A stretch of DNA of 64,000 bases from the human T2T-CHM13v2.0 reference genome, Homo sapiens, in assembly GCF_009914755.1 (NCBI RefSeq), contig NC_060944.1; one strand, 5' to 3'. A program made the position numbers and the translations under genes. Each line of letters opens with the position of its first letter. The first letter of the stretch is position 1. The notes under the pieces were generated by a model. It had not been told where the DNA came from. It worked only from the letters and a program-made list of their open reading frames with translations, and did not search any database. Shown one piece after another: positions 43,813 to 56,556 of the stretch.

Positions 43813-46800
43813 GGTGGATAGAGGCCCCAGGTAAACACCAGGCCCCAGGTGGACATCAGGGCTCAAGTGGACACACAGGCTCCAGGTGTATATCAGGCCC
43901 CAGGTATATACCATTTTCCTGGTACGTATTAGTAACCAAGGGGACACCGGACTCCAGGTGTACATCAGGCTCACAGGTGAACACCCAGGCCCCATATGGA
44001 CACCAGCCTACAGGTGAGCATCAGGCTGCAGGAGGATACCCAGGCCTTAGGTAGATATCAGGCCCTACAAGGACACCAGGCCTCAGGTGGACATCAGGGC
44101 CCAGTTGGGGACTCAGGTTCTAGGAAGACACCCAGGCCTCAAGTAGCATCAGGGCCAAGGCGGATACTAGACTCCAGGTGGACATCAGGCCCTAGTTGGT
44201 CACTAGGCCCTAGGTGGACACCTGGGTCCCTGGTGACCATCAGGCCCCAGATTAACTCCAGGCCTTAGGTGAACATCTGATCCCAGTTGGATATCAGACC
44301 CCAGGAGAACATCAGTCCCCAGGTGGATATCAGCTTCCAAGTTGACATCAGGCCACAAGTGGACACTGGACTTGAGGTGTACATCAGGCCTCAGATGGAC
44401 ACCCAGGCCCCAGGTGTACATCAGGCTCAGGTGGAAATCAAGGCACAGGTAACACCAAGGCACAGGTGGTTACCTAGGCTTCAGGTAGACATCAGACCCC
44501 AGGTGGACACCTGGGTCTCCGGTGGTCATCAGGCCCTAGGTGGAAACTCAGGTCCCAGGTGCACATCACGTTCCAAGTGGACACCCAGGCCCCATGGTGA
44601 TACCCAGGTTCCAGGTGGGCACTGGGCCCCAGATGAACACCAGGCTCCGGGTGGATACCAGAACTTGGGTGGACACCCAGCTCTGAGGTGGATATCGGGC
44701 TCCAGGTGGACATCAAGCCTCAGGTAGATATCTAGTCCCCAGGTGGACATAAGACCCCAGGTCGACACCAGAACCTGGGTGGATACCTAGGTTTCGGATG
44801 GATGCATCTCCAGCTGAACATCAGGCTCCAGGTGGACACCCAGGCCCTAGGTGAACACTAGGTCTTAGGTGGACATTAGGCCCCAAGTGGACAACCAGGT
44901 CCCAGGTGGACACCCAGCCTTAACATGGACATCGGGCCCTAGGTAGACAGCAGGTTCAAGGTGCATATGAGGCTCCCGATAAACACTGGTCCCCAGGGAG
45001 ACCCTTGTCCCCAGGTGAACACCAGCACCCAGGAAGACATCCACCTCCACCTGCACATCATTCTCCAGGTTTATACCTAGGCCCTGTGGGAGCACCAGGC
45101 CCCAAGTGAGTACATAGATCCCTGGTGGCCATTAGGCACCAGGTTGACACCCAGGGCTTAAGTGGACATGAGGCCCCAGATGAATGCTAGTCCCCAGGTG
45201 GATAAATAGGCCCCAGGCATACATCAGATCTGAGGTCTATACTCAGTCTTCAGGTGGACACTAGGCCCCAGGCAGACACCAGACCCCAGGTGGATACCAG
45301 GCCCTATGTAGACACCAGTCTGCAGGTGGACAGCAGGCCCCAAGGGGACATTATGCCCTGGGTTGACACCTAGGCTTCAGGGCAACACTAGGCCACAAGT
45401 GGTTACCTATGCCCCAGGTGGACATCAAGCTTTAGTGGAATTCCTAGTCAGCAACTGAACATCAGGCCACAGGGGGATGCCCAGGCTCTAGCTGAATACC
45501 AGGCCTCACATGGACATTAGGCCCCAGGTGAACAGCAAGCCCCAAGTGAATACCTAGGTTCCTGGTGAACATCAGGAAGCAGGTGGCACTCAGGCCCTAC
45601 ACTCAGGCCAAAAGAGAAATCAGAACATATGTGGACACTCAGGGCCCAGGTGGCTATCAGGCCCCAGGTTTATATCACTTTCCTGGTAGACATCAGTACC
45701 CACGTAGACACTGGACTTCAGGTATACATCAGGTTCCTAGGTGGACACCCAGGCCCCAGGTGGACACCAGCCTACAAGTGGACATCAGACCACAGGAGGA
45801 CACCCGGGCCCCAGATAGATATCAGACTCCAGAGGAACACCCACGTCTCAGGTGGACATCAGGTCCCAGGTTAATTCCAGGCCCCAGGTGGAATTCAGGC
45901 CCCACCTGGACACAAGTCCCTAGGTAGATACATAGGCTCTGTAGGCCCTGGGGAACATCAGGCCTTAGGTGAAGTTCTAGGCTACAGGTGGACATCTTGC
46001 TCCAGTTGGACATCTGGTCCCAAATGGACATCGGTCTCCAGGTGGACACAAAGTCCCAAGTTGGACATCAGGCACCAGGAGGACTAGTCCTCTCTGGTGA
46101 TCACCAGCTCCCAGGTTGACATCAGGCTACAAGTTGACACCTAGGGCCCAGACGGACATGTGGCCCCATATAAACACTAGTCCCCAGTCAGCTAGGGCCT
46201 GGGTCCCCCTGGAGCCTGATGCTTAGCTAGAGACTGGATATCCACCTGAGGCCAAGGTATCTACCCAGGGACTGGTGTCCAAGTGGGGCCTGATATCCAC
46301 CTGGGGACTAGGTATCCACCTGGGGCTTGATGTCCACCTCGAGCCAGATGACCTTCTGGAGTCTGATGTCCACCACAGGCCTGGGTGTCCATCTGGGGCC
46401 TGGTGTTGATTTGGATTCCAGTGTCTACCTGGAACCTGGGGCCATGTTGTCTACTTGGAGCCTGGAGTTTTCACCTGGGGCCTGGTAGACATCTGGCCCC
46501 AGTAAACATCAGCCTGGGGCCTGGTTGTCCACTTAGAGCCTGGAGTTTTCACCTAGGGCCTGAAGATCACCTGGGACCCGGGTGTCCACCTGGGACATCA
46601 GGCTCCAGGTTTACACCCAGGCTCCAGGGTACAACAGGCCCCAAAAGAACTCCAGACCATATTAAACATCAAGTCTCAGGTGGATGCCCAGGCCCCATGT
46701 GTACACCAGGCCCCAAGTAGACAGTGGACACCAGCTGAACATTAGCCCCAAGGTTGACACCCATACTACAGGTGGGTATCAGGCCCCAGGTGAATACCTA

Positions 46801-47007
46801 TCCTTCAGGTGTGCATCGGTCCCCAGGTGAACATAAGGCCACAGATAGACATCAGGTCTCAGGTGCACATCTGGCTCCAGGTAAACATCAGGCCTTAGGT
46901 GGATACCCAATCCCCAGGTGGACATCAGAGACCAGGCTGACACAAAAAATTCCCAGTGGGTATCATGTCCCAGTGGATGTCCAGGCTCCAGGTAAACACC
47001 CCAGCCC
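43813..47007. repeat. ~3.2-kb degenerate minisatellite of 18/19-bp monomers (consensus caggccccaggtggacat / caggccccaggtggacacc), with an inverted block at ~46188-46593
   Basis: Direct reading; roughly 170 monomers estimated from length; reverse-complement monomers (gtccacctggggcctg) occur only in the inverted block. Confidence 0.92.
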
Positions 47008-47447
47008 CTCTGTAACCGTAACCACCGTAACGAGAAATGGTAGGTCTAAGTACCATCATGCTCCTTGCTCACAAAAGGATGCATAGATATTTTATTCAAA
47101 ACACAACTCCATTCATCACTCTGAGCAGCGATGTGTAGAAAGGAAAAGAAAAATAAACCAGGCCTCAAGGATTCCATCCAAAATGAGGTAGACATTATAA
47201 GGGACAGAAATCCCCAAATTAAATGTTATAGTTGACATAGAATAGTCTTTAAAACCCATTGATTTTCTCACACATTTGATCCAAGGCATTATTTCCAGAG
47301 ACTGAACCTAGAAAGAATTGCTTAAGACTAGGAGTCTTGTTCCAGCCTAGATCCCACACTGTTGAACATCTATACTTAGTATACCACATTATACATAGCA
47401 CTGACATGACCTGTGTGCATTTAATTTTCTAATGCTTGTTCATCTCT

Positions 47448-47449
<2 letters not shown>

Positions 47450-47484
<35 letters not shown>
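47450..47484. repeat. (AT)n microsatellite
   Basis: Direct reading. Confidence 0.9.
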
Positions 47485-47486
<2 letters not shown>

Positions 47487-47841
47487 CCTATGTAACATAC
47501 ATACATACAAGTACACACACACACAAAAAGTATATAAGGGTAGGATAGTATAATTGTGCAGTAACGTTTTTTGTGAAAGTGGTGGAAAGTGGATTGCGTT
47601 GGCGACATGCTGGAATGTGCTTCCATTGGCAGAAGTGAGGCTTTCAAAACTAGTAGTTTTCAGTTTTCTCTAGCAACTGGGAATATTAATAATTGAAGAT
47701 GTGTTGGTATAAAAATAATCATAATAATCACACTGAAGTGGTGTTAATAATTATATCACAAGATATAATAAACATTATAGATATTATAAGATGTCAAAAA
47801 AAAGATGCCATAAAATCTTTCAGATGATTGACATGTTAAAT

Positions 47842-48830
47842 GCGGCCTCCTGTGCCGCCCTGGGGCGCCACTCTCGCTGGGTTCTTGGCGGAGCTCACCC
47901 TACTCCACCTGCTCAGCCCAGGCTCCTGCACCCTGGAGTCACGCCATGGGAGCAAGGACCTTGCCGCCGCGGCCCTAGACAAGGACAATGAGGAGGGGGT
48001 GCACGTGGAGTCCCCGCGGATAGGCTGGACGCAGGGCAGGAGCCTTTGCAGGGGTGCACAGCCTCCTCTGGAAGCCCTGGTCACTGCCCGATGCCTGCTG
48101 CGCCCTGCGAGCTCCGCGGCGGTGGAGCCAGGCCTGCACTGCCTGCACTCGGCCCCGCCTGCGGACCCTCTGCCCTTTGTCTTGCCCATGGGGCCCGGGG
48201 CCTCAGCTGGCCCGGGGTTCCTGAAGTTAGCTGACAATGGGCTGGCCTCTGGGACTGGGTCGTAGGCCTTGTGCACTGGCCGCCACTTCACCAGCACCAG
48301 GCCTACCTGCGATGCTGCTGGAGATGCGGGATGCCCGGGCTCGGGCTCTGCTGGGTCCCCTGGCGCTGCGAACCCCGTCACCTTCCATCGCGGCCACCAT
48401 GCTGCCCGCTGGTCAGCCCTGGTCTGCAGCCTTCCTGGGACCACTCCGGCCCCAGGGAGGCATCACTCACAGCCGCTTGCGACACCGGGGCCGCCTGAAC
48501 CTCCGCCAGGGCTGCGCCGCACAAGTGGCTCCAGCCAGCCAGCCCTGGCCCGGGAGCAGGACTTTCCGCTCCCCCAGAAGATTGCCCTGGGCAGGGATAC
48601 ACGGCTATGGAGGATGTAGCGGATACCTTCCGAAGTTTGTGGACACTCTTCTGCCACACCAAAAGTTTCACCATCAGCTGCGATGCCGACTGAGGCGCAG
48701 AGACCCCTCCGGGATGTGGACCAGGCAGTGACTTTGCTGGGCATCCGCAGTGCTGACCACCCCAAGTGCAGATCCCCACTTCGTGTTCCTCCTCCTCCAC
48801 GTTCCACATCCAAAGTTCTCGCACCATTTC
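47842..48830. promoter_or_regulatory. CpG-island-like GC-rich segment of unknown origin
   Basis: Sharp edges against AT-rich flanks; many CpGs; GC box ggccccgcct; followed by a (GA)n purine tract at ~48860-48892. Confidence 0.6.
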
Positions 48831-50229
48831 TAAGCAGGAGAAATCAAAAGAAACTGAAATCAGAAAGAAAGAGAGAGAGAGAGAGAGAGAAAGCCATGAG
48901 CAAAAAAAAAGAGCAAAACCTTTTGGAAAGCGTAAAACGCCCCAAAGCCAAAAGCTAATTCTTACCTCTTTTAAACCTTCTGCACTTCTCCAATGATTAA
49001 TGATTTATTTTTTTTAACCACTGGCAATTCGCAATTATTAACTTCTCTGGCATTAATAAATAGAAATTGAATCACATGTGGGAGTATAATTTGTATTATA
49101 TGAAGGTTTTCATATTTTAAAAAATAATTGTCCAGTTTTTCTCCATGGATTAACAATTAATGGGAAATTTTCAACATTGCTGTGTTAATGTCTCCTGAGA
49201 TAATTAGATGTGAATAATTTTTATAAACAGAATTTCCTGGGTGGAATTTCTCATCTTCAGGAGCTCCATAAATAACCGTGTCCCAAGAGAACTGTGAATT
49301 TGGGAACTGCAGGAACTGAGTCCCAACTCGTCCAGCCTGGAAGTTTTTGGGTGATCATTCTTGCAGGTGACTTCACTGCCTTCTGTTGAAGGGCCAGTGA
49401 GAGCCTGGGGGTTTCAACCTACAAGAAGAGCCTTACCATTTTAGGGTTAGCATTCACAATGAGGAAAAGGCAAACTTTTTTGATATTCTCTGTATGTAAT
49501 AAAAATAGTTACCAAAACAAAGCAAAGTGTGAGTGGTGACTATTGAGAGGACCCTTTCTATCTTTGCTGGATTCCCAGAGATTTCTGAGTTTCTTTTGGA
49601 GTCAATAGTATTTCCATGTTAATTCTGAGCTCTTAAAACCCACAATATGAGTTGCAGCCAGTGACTAGAGTTGCAGCCAGTGACTAGTGTTGCAGCTTGT
49701 TAAACTGATCACTGGTGGTAGAGCCTTTTCGTTCTGCTCACTTCTTAAAAGGTCAGCTTGGTCAGGGATTAGTGCTACCCTGCCAGAAATAAGCAGTTAG
49801 GAATCAAGTAAAGGAGTCAGCTAAAAGCGTAATTACTAAGTAGTGAGGTCACAGCTAGATGGTTGTTGATCTCATTTTCTCTCTGCTGCTGATTTCAAGG
49901 TTTATACCGTGTTTTGATGTAACATAGAATGTATAGTATGAAGTACAAACAGTCTGTTAGCTTCTTGGAGCTATACTCCATTACCGGAGCAGGGGACAAC
50001 AATTTGAAGGACATTACTACTTAGTTTAATCTGCCTTTGGCTAGAATAAACCTCAAGTTCCAAGGGCTGGGTTCAGTTGTTATGCAAATTTAGATTGTTG
50101 CGGTAAAATTTCCAAAAAAAAGGATAGGACTCTTTAGATGAAATAAGAATTTAACTGTATTTGAACCCTGTTGAAGGCCAGACAAGTTTAGGCAAAATCC
50201 CATGACTGAATACTCTGATGAGTCCCTTT

Positions 50230-52440
50230 AAATTCCGACATATAATCTATGTTGGTAAATATGATACGTGCACTGGAAAAGGATGTGTATTCAGTAGTTG
50301 TTGAGTGTCACGTTCTGTATATGTCAGTTTATGTCAAGTTTGTTCATTGTGTTCATCCAATCTCCCTTTCTCTTATGGATTTTTTTCTGTTGGTTCCATC
50401 GGTAATTGAAAGGTATGTTAAAATCTATATTGTAGATTAGTCCATTTTTCTTTTAGTTATATCAGTTTCTGTATTAAATAACTTGAAGGGATATTTTATA
50501 TTTATACATATTTAAAATTGGCATACTTTTCTAGTGACTGACATCGTAAAATCTTTTTTATCTTAGCAATAGTTCTTGGCTTAAGTCTAAACTGTCAAAA
50601 ATAACATAGCAACATAAGCTTTGTGCTGATTAGTGTTTGCAGGCATGTTTTCCATTGTTTTACTTCCAAATGTCTGGATTCTTGTATTCAGATAAATTAA
50701 TTAAAACATAAAAATAAATATAAAGCATTAAAAAGTAAATATTCTAAAAATCCAGCCAGAGATGTTTCACTTTTAATTGAAGTGTTTAGGACCACGGCTC
50801 TCACACTGTGTGCTAAGGTGCCCTGAGATGCTGTGTTTAACTGACAGGGGCACCAGTGGATAGCGTGTGAGTCTGTGTATGTGTGTGTCTGTATTTGAGA
50901 TGGGGGTCTCACTCTGTCCCCCAGGCTGGAGTGGAGTGGTGAGGTCTAGGCTCACTGCGGCCTCTGCCTCCCTGAGTAGCTGGGACAACAGGCATGCACC
51001 ACTATGCCTGGCTAAGTTTTCTAATTGTAGTAGAGATGGGGTTTTGCCAGGTTGCCCAGGCTGTATATTTTTGAGAGAAACAAAGCAACATTTGCTGGAG
51101 ACCTTAAGAACTACTAGCCTGAGGCAGTTCAGAGTTTCAAAAGTAGTTAGTTAGAAGTGCATTTCTTTACCTTTAAGGTGGGTGGTGTTAATTACCGCGA
51201 TAAAACAAGTATTGTGCTAAAGTCAGTGTGGAATAGGAATAAGGTCCAGTGGTTGAGATCCAGTCCGATTTTAAGATTTGAAAAGTTGTGCTGTGTGCCC
51301 AACAGGCACACACATCCCATTAGTAAGTAAATTGTGCTTTTTTAAGAAAGAAACAAAATTACTGTTTCTACTTCCATTGCGTGTTATTTTTTATGTATAC
51401 TTGCAAATCCATCACCAAAATAAAAATAATGAACATATCCAGCACTCATAAAAGTTTCCCCTTGCCCTTTTATAATCCCAAACTTTTTCTATCTTCCTAC
51501 CTTACCACTCTCCCTGGCAATCACCAATCTGTCACTATAAAATAGTTTGCCTTGTCTAGACATTTATACAAATGAAGTGTAGTATGGACCCTTTTTAGGA
51601 GGCGTCTGGCATCTTTCACACAGCATAATTATTTTGAGATTCAGCTACATGGCAGGCATAAATAGGCCATTAATTTTATGACTGAGTAGTATCCTATTGT
51701 GCAGATCGGTCACAACTTATATATCCATTTGCCTGCTGATGGGTTTTTGCATTGCTTCTGGTTTTGGACTTATGCAAATACATTTGCAATGAACATTCAT
51801 GTATATAAGTTCTTCTAACTTTGAGTAGATATTAGGAGTGTAATAATTAATAGGTTTAGGTTTAGTTTTAAGAGACTGTCAAAATGTTTGCCAAAATGGT
51901 TGTACCATTTTATATTTTTATCAGCAGTATATAAGAATTCCACACTCTTGCCAACATTTTGTATGGGCCTTCTTTTAAAATTTTAGACATTTTCCTGTTT
52001 GTACAATAGTATTTTATTGTGGTTCCCTAATGCCTAATAATATTTAGTATCTATGTACGTACATGCCATCTGTATATATTTGGTAAAGTGTATGTTCACG
52101 TTTATTTTGCTTCTTTCTTTTTTGTTTTTTTCTTTGCTTATTTTCTCATTATTAAATTTTAATAGTTTCTTTATATACTCTGGATTCAAATCCCTTATTA
52201 GATATGAGACTTGCCAGTATTTTCCCCTTGAGTTTTCTTTTTTGTTCTCATAACACTATCTTTCAAATAGCAGATGCTTTTAATTTTGATGGGGTCCAAT
52301 TTATTAATTGTTCTTGTGCATTTGGTTTTTGGGGCTTCATCTAAGACATTTTTGATTAACTGAACATTACAAAGATTTTTTTTCTGTATTTTCATCTAAA
52401 AGTTCATAGCTTTTAATACTTTATTTTATATTTAAGTCAA
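50230..52440 (-). mobile_element. Old L1 fragments (L1ME/L1MC-like) with a partial Alu at ~50895-51062
   Basis: Antisense L1 motifs (gtgtattcagtagttgttg, ggttgtaccattttatatt..cagcagtatataagaattcc); Alu arm ccaggctggagtggagtgg. Confidence 0.65.
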
Positions 52441-52742
52441 TGGTCCCATAAGCGACAGAGCTTTAACCCAAGTCGCTGCCGTGCATAGCTGGACCCAGGG
52501 GCTTATATAAAATCATCAAGAAATGTTCTCCTTCTTTCTCTTGCCACTTTTCCTTTTGTTTTAGCCTCATTTTTTCCTTCTGAAGATGACTCTCTTCTCT
52601 CTCTGTAGCAAGAGATAGTGCTACAAATAACACACTTACTTTGTCCTCGCAGACCACAGTAGTAGAAAAAGCAAGAGTCCTTCCTGATGATTCCAAAAAA
52701 AAAGTACTGAAACAGTGGCTATGATCCAAGGGTAGAGTCTTA

Positions 52743-52852
52743 CATGGTTTCACTGTGTTAGCTAGGATGGTCTTGATCTCCTGACCTTGTGATCCGCCCA
52801 CCTTGGCCTCCCAAGGTACTGCGATTACAGGCATGAGCTACCATGCCTGGCC
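52743..52852 (-). mobile_element. Alu left-arm fragment (AluY/Sc-like)
   Basis: gtgttagctaggatggtcttgatctcctgaccttgtgatccgcc. Confidence 0.8.
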
Positions 52853-53864
52853 ACAAGACATAGATTTTCTATATGCACATCAAGGGAGGTAGTGTTTTAG
52901 GTTGCTATAGGACAGAGCTATCCTGTATTCCAGCTGGCTTTTTTAATGATCACCTCTAGGGCTGGGGCTGGTAGGTTGGGTCAGGCTTAGTTGGTTCTCA
53001 TTGAAATGGTCCTCAAAGAAAAGGGGGGCTCTCAAGAGGAGAGTTGCTGAACACCCCACCCAAAAATAGCCACTGTGTACATACCTACAATTCCTTGACA
53101 TTTTATAAGCAACTGGTTGGGTGGAAAATGACTAGAAATTCAGTTGTCATTAACTTTCCTTTATAATGTCAGTAGAATGAGCCATACATTTCACATGTTG
53201 TGGGTTATGTCCATGATAGTCATTTCTGTATATTAAGTATCAATTTGGAGTATCATCTGAAGAAATATAATATTTTGTGACGTTATCCTTAAATTAATAT
53301 TTTTAGGATAAAGAATTATAGGATAAAAGAAAAGTCTAGGATAGAAATAAAAGAATAGAGAAAATAGGAACATGGATATACTGCAGAAAATGGCCAAACA
53401 GGAAAAGTACTTGTGAGAGGTATTGAAGTACATAATTGATATCACATAGACCTCCAGGAAATTACAACTACTGGCATAAGAACAAACTATCTGAATAGTC
53501 TTTGCTAATGCTGAGTCTTTTCTGCTTGCAAAAGAAGTAAGAATGGTAAGGAATTGGGACATTGCTCAGGCCTCAATGCATTTATTCATTTACCTGTTGA
53601 TGGGGTTTGGGGGTATTAATGAAATATATTAATAAATAATAATAGGCATGTGAGATAATCATAATTGATTTGTCCATTTGGTCTGAAGAAAATGTTGCCT
53701 ACCTTCTTTTTTGTCGAGGGATTCATTTTTGATGTCATGTTGGATTCTATGGCTTACTAAATGTGTAATTGCCTATTTATGGATTCTGAAGAATTTTATA
53801 AAATGTATTTGCCAAACATTTTGAAAGCTTAAAACTTCTCCAAGGAAGAAGTTATTTAGTGCTT

Positions 53865-54055
53865 TAGTGCTGTCCTGACAAATATAGTAGCCATAGCCAT
53901 GTGAATATTGAACACTTGAAATGTGGCTAGACTGGACTGAGATGTGCTGTCAGGGTAAAACATACACCAGATTTTGAAGACTTAGTAGGAAATAAAATTA
54001 AACATATCTAATTAATAACTTTTATATTGGTTAGACATTGAAATAATTTTGTATG
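53865..54055. mobile_element. MER33-like hAT DNA transposon fragment
   Basis: cacttgaaatgtggctag..gactgagatgtgctgt..aaaacatacaccagattttgaagacttagta. Confidence 0.7.
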
Positions 54056-54589
54056 TATTTTACATATAAATATGCATTCATGTGTATGTGTAATTAATAT
54101 CTTCATATGAAATACTTCTCAATTACAATTGGAAGAATGATGACTTTGTGGTGGACAAATCTGGCACAAACTTGATCATGTGCCTCCTGCTGGGATGTCC
54201 TAGGAAGACCACAGCATTATTTCTGTGGTTTTCTTGTGAAAGATACATGACTTAAGTCTGGATGTGGAAACACATCAGATGGAAAAAGGTGAACACATCC
54301 TTCATAAATGCTTATGCTCTTAAAACTCTTAAGGTTATGAAAAATAGGGAAAAAAAGAGGAACTCTTTGAAGTTGAAAGAGCTTAAGAGACATGACAATT
54401 AATGAAATGGGAAATCCTGGATTGGATCCTGAATTACAAAGTTCAAAAAAAAAATGTATTTAGGGCACAACTGAGAAAATTTGGATGAGATTATAGCATC
54501 TGTTGATTGGACAGTAGTGTTGGGTGAATGCTGATATCCTGATGTGGATGATTATATTCTGGTTATGAGAACTTTTCCCACATTCCTCA

Positions 54590-55110
54590 TCGTTTGCCCA
54601 GTGGGTTCATGGACAATGTGGCGATGGTAGCAGGAGAAGATGCTACATGTTTCCAATAACATGAACTTCCCTGCAGCAGTGCTGCCTACTGCCCAGCTGA
54701 GTGCCCTGACTGCCGACAATGAGCAATGCTGAGACCCTGGTAAGAGGAACTGCCTTGCCTAGACCAGACAGAATTCTGGTAATGTGGTAATATTTTTCCC
54801 TTCCTTCATGGAAGTGGTAAAGAATTGCCCTCACTGGAATAGATGCATATCAGAATATGGACTCCACTTCATATGCTTCTCATAGCATCAAATTATTTAC
54901 ATTTGCTGAGTTCTAATTCTCTGCTATCATACAATTACTACTGATGATGGAGCTTATTTTACAAGAAAAGAAGTGATGCGATGGGCTTCAGCCCATATTT
55001 ATTGGTCTTGTGACATCCCACATCACCCAGAGGAATATGACCTCACAAGAATCAGTTACTTCACCAACTGTGAGACCCTGAGGGGCTGGGTTTCTATCCT
55101 ACAAGATGTG
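54590..55110 (+). mobile_element. Ancient ERVL-type integrase fragment
   Basis: gcccagtgggttcatg, ctcactggaatagatgcata (LTGID), ttttacaagaaaagaagtg...tattggtct...catcacccaga (EV..W...HHPE) motifs. Confidence 0.6.
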
Positions 55111-55175
55111 TTAGAAGCCCTGACCCAAGAGCCCTCCTACCCAGAATGCATGGTTTCATGTAGCAAGGATCCTTG

Positions 55176-55570
55176 TGATGGTGGTGATAATGATGGTGAG
55201 GATGGTGATGGTGAAGGTGGAGGTGGTGATAATGAAGTGATAGTTATGTTGAGGATGATGAAGGTGATGATGATGGTGAGAATGGTAAAGGTGAACAAGG
55301 TGATGGTGAGAATGGTGATGGTGGTGATTGTGATGGTGATGATAAGGATGGTGATGGCGAAGGTGGTGATGATAGTAGTGATAGTTATGGTAAGGATAAT
55401 GGTGATGATGATGAGGATGATGATGGTGAGAATGGTGATAGTGACGATGATAGTGATGGTAATGATAATGATGGTGAGAATGGCGAGGGTAAGAATGGTG
55501 ATGGCGATGATGATAGTGTTGGTGATTGTAAGGATGGTGATGGCAATCATGGTGATGATGATAATGGTGC
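55176..55570. repeat. Second complex (GAT/GGT)n tract, related to 35093-35645
   Basis: Shares blocks ggtgaggatggtgatggtgaaggtgg and gtgatagttatg.tgaggatgatg. Confidence 0.9.
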
Positions 55571-56069
55571 TGACTGGGCTATGAGGTAATGGAGGCAGAA
55601 AAGTGGCAGTTTCCAGGAAGTATAGAGCCAGCTGGGAACTGCAAGGTAACCTTAGTGGGGGTGGAAGATGTAGGGCCCCTGCCTCATTTCTAGACATCTG
55701 GGGAAAGGACACCCCTCACAGTAGTTCCAGGAACCCCTCCATCCAGCATTTCCTTCTCTCAATCAGCATGGAGCTTTTGGGGTGCAGAGAAGTGTGTTCT
55801 ATTCACTGCACTCTGTGGGAAGGGAAAAGAGGGAGTGCTATTTATGAACTCAGTATAATACAGTAGGGTCTCATCTAATAAATTCTGGGAGAATTTTCAG
55901 CTGAAGAGAGGAAGCCTCAGAGAAGTCAGGTAACTTTATCTTCAATAGCATCCAGTTGTGATTTATTGAGCAGTTACTATGTACCAGGCAACATGCTGGG
56001 TGGTTCCTTATATGCTATCTCATGAAATCCTACAGCAACACAAGGAGACAGGCATAACTACCCCATTAT

Positions 56070-56556
56070 AAAAATTGTGGTAAAATAAACTAAAATTTAC
56101 CGTCTAACTATGTTTAAATTTACATTTCGGTGGCATTAAATACATTCACAATGTTGTGCAACCGATTTCCAGAATGCTTTTCATCTTGTAAAACTACAAT
56201 TCTGTAACTCATTTAAAAACAACTCCCCAATCACCACCCTCCCCAGGACCTGGTAGCCACCATTCTCCAGTCTGTCTCTATGGATTTGACTACTCTAGAT
56301 GCCTTCGAAAAGTGGAATAATACAGCATTTGTCTTTTTGGTCTGGCTTATTTTGCTCAGCCTAATGTCCTCAAGGTTCATTCTTGACACTGCAGGTGTCA
56401 GAATCTCCTTCCTTTTCAAGGCTGAACACTATTCCACTCTATGCATAGACAGCATTTTGTTGATGCGTCCATCCATCCATGGACACTTGGGTTGCTTCCA
56501 CCTTTTGGTTATTGTGGATGATGCTGCTCTGAACATGGTTGTGCAAGTATCTCTTC
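56070..56556 (-). mobile_element. L1MB 3' end
   Basis: ggcattaaatacattcacaatgttgtgcaacc; tccttccttttcaaggctgaa; ggacacttgggttgcttccacctttt. Confidence 0.85.

Noticed and set aside
43743-47086. Many Pro/Gln/Gly-rich ORFs, or a CRISPR-like array
   Set aside because: Translations of a degenerate tandem repeat; monomers are contiguous with no unique spacers, and the context is primate DNA
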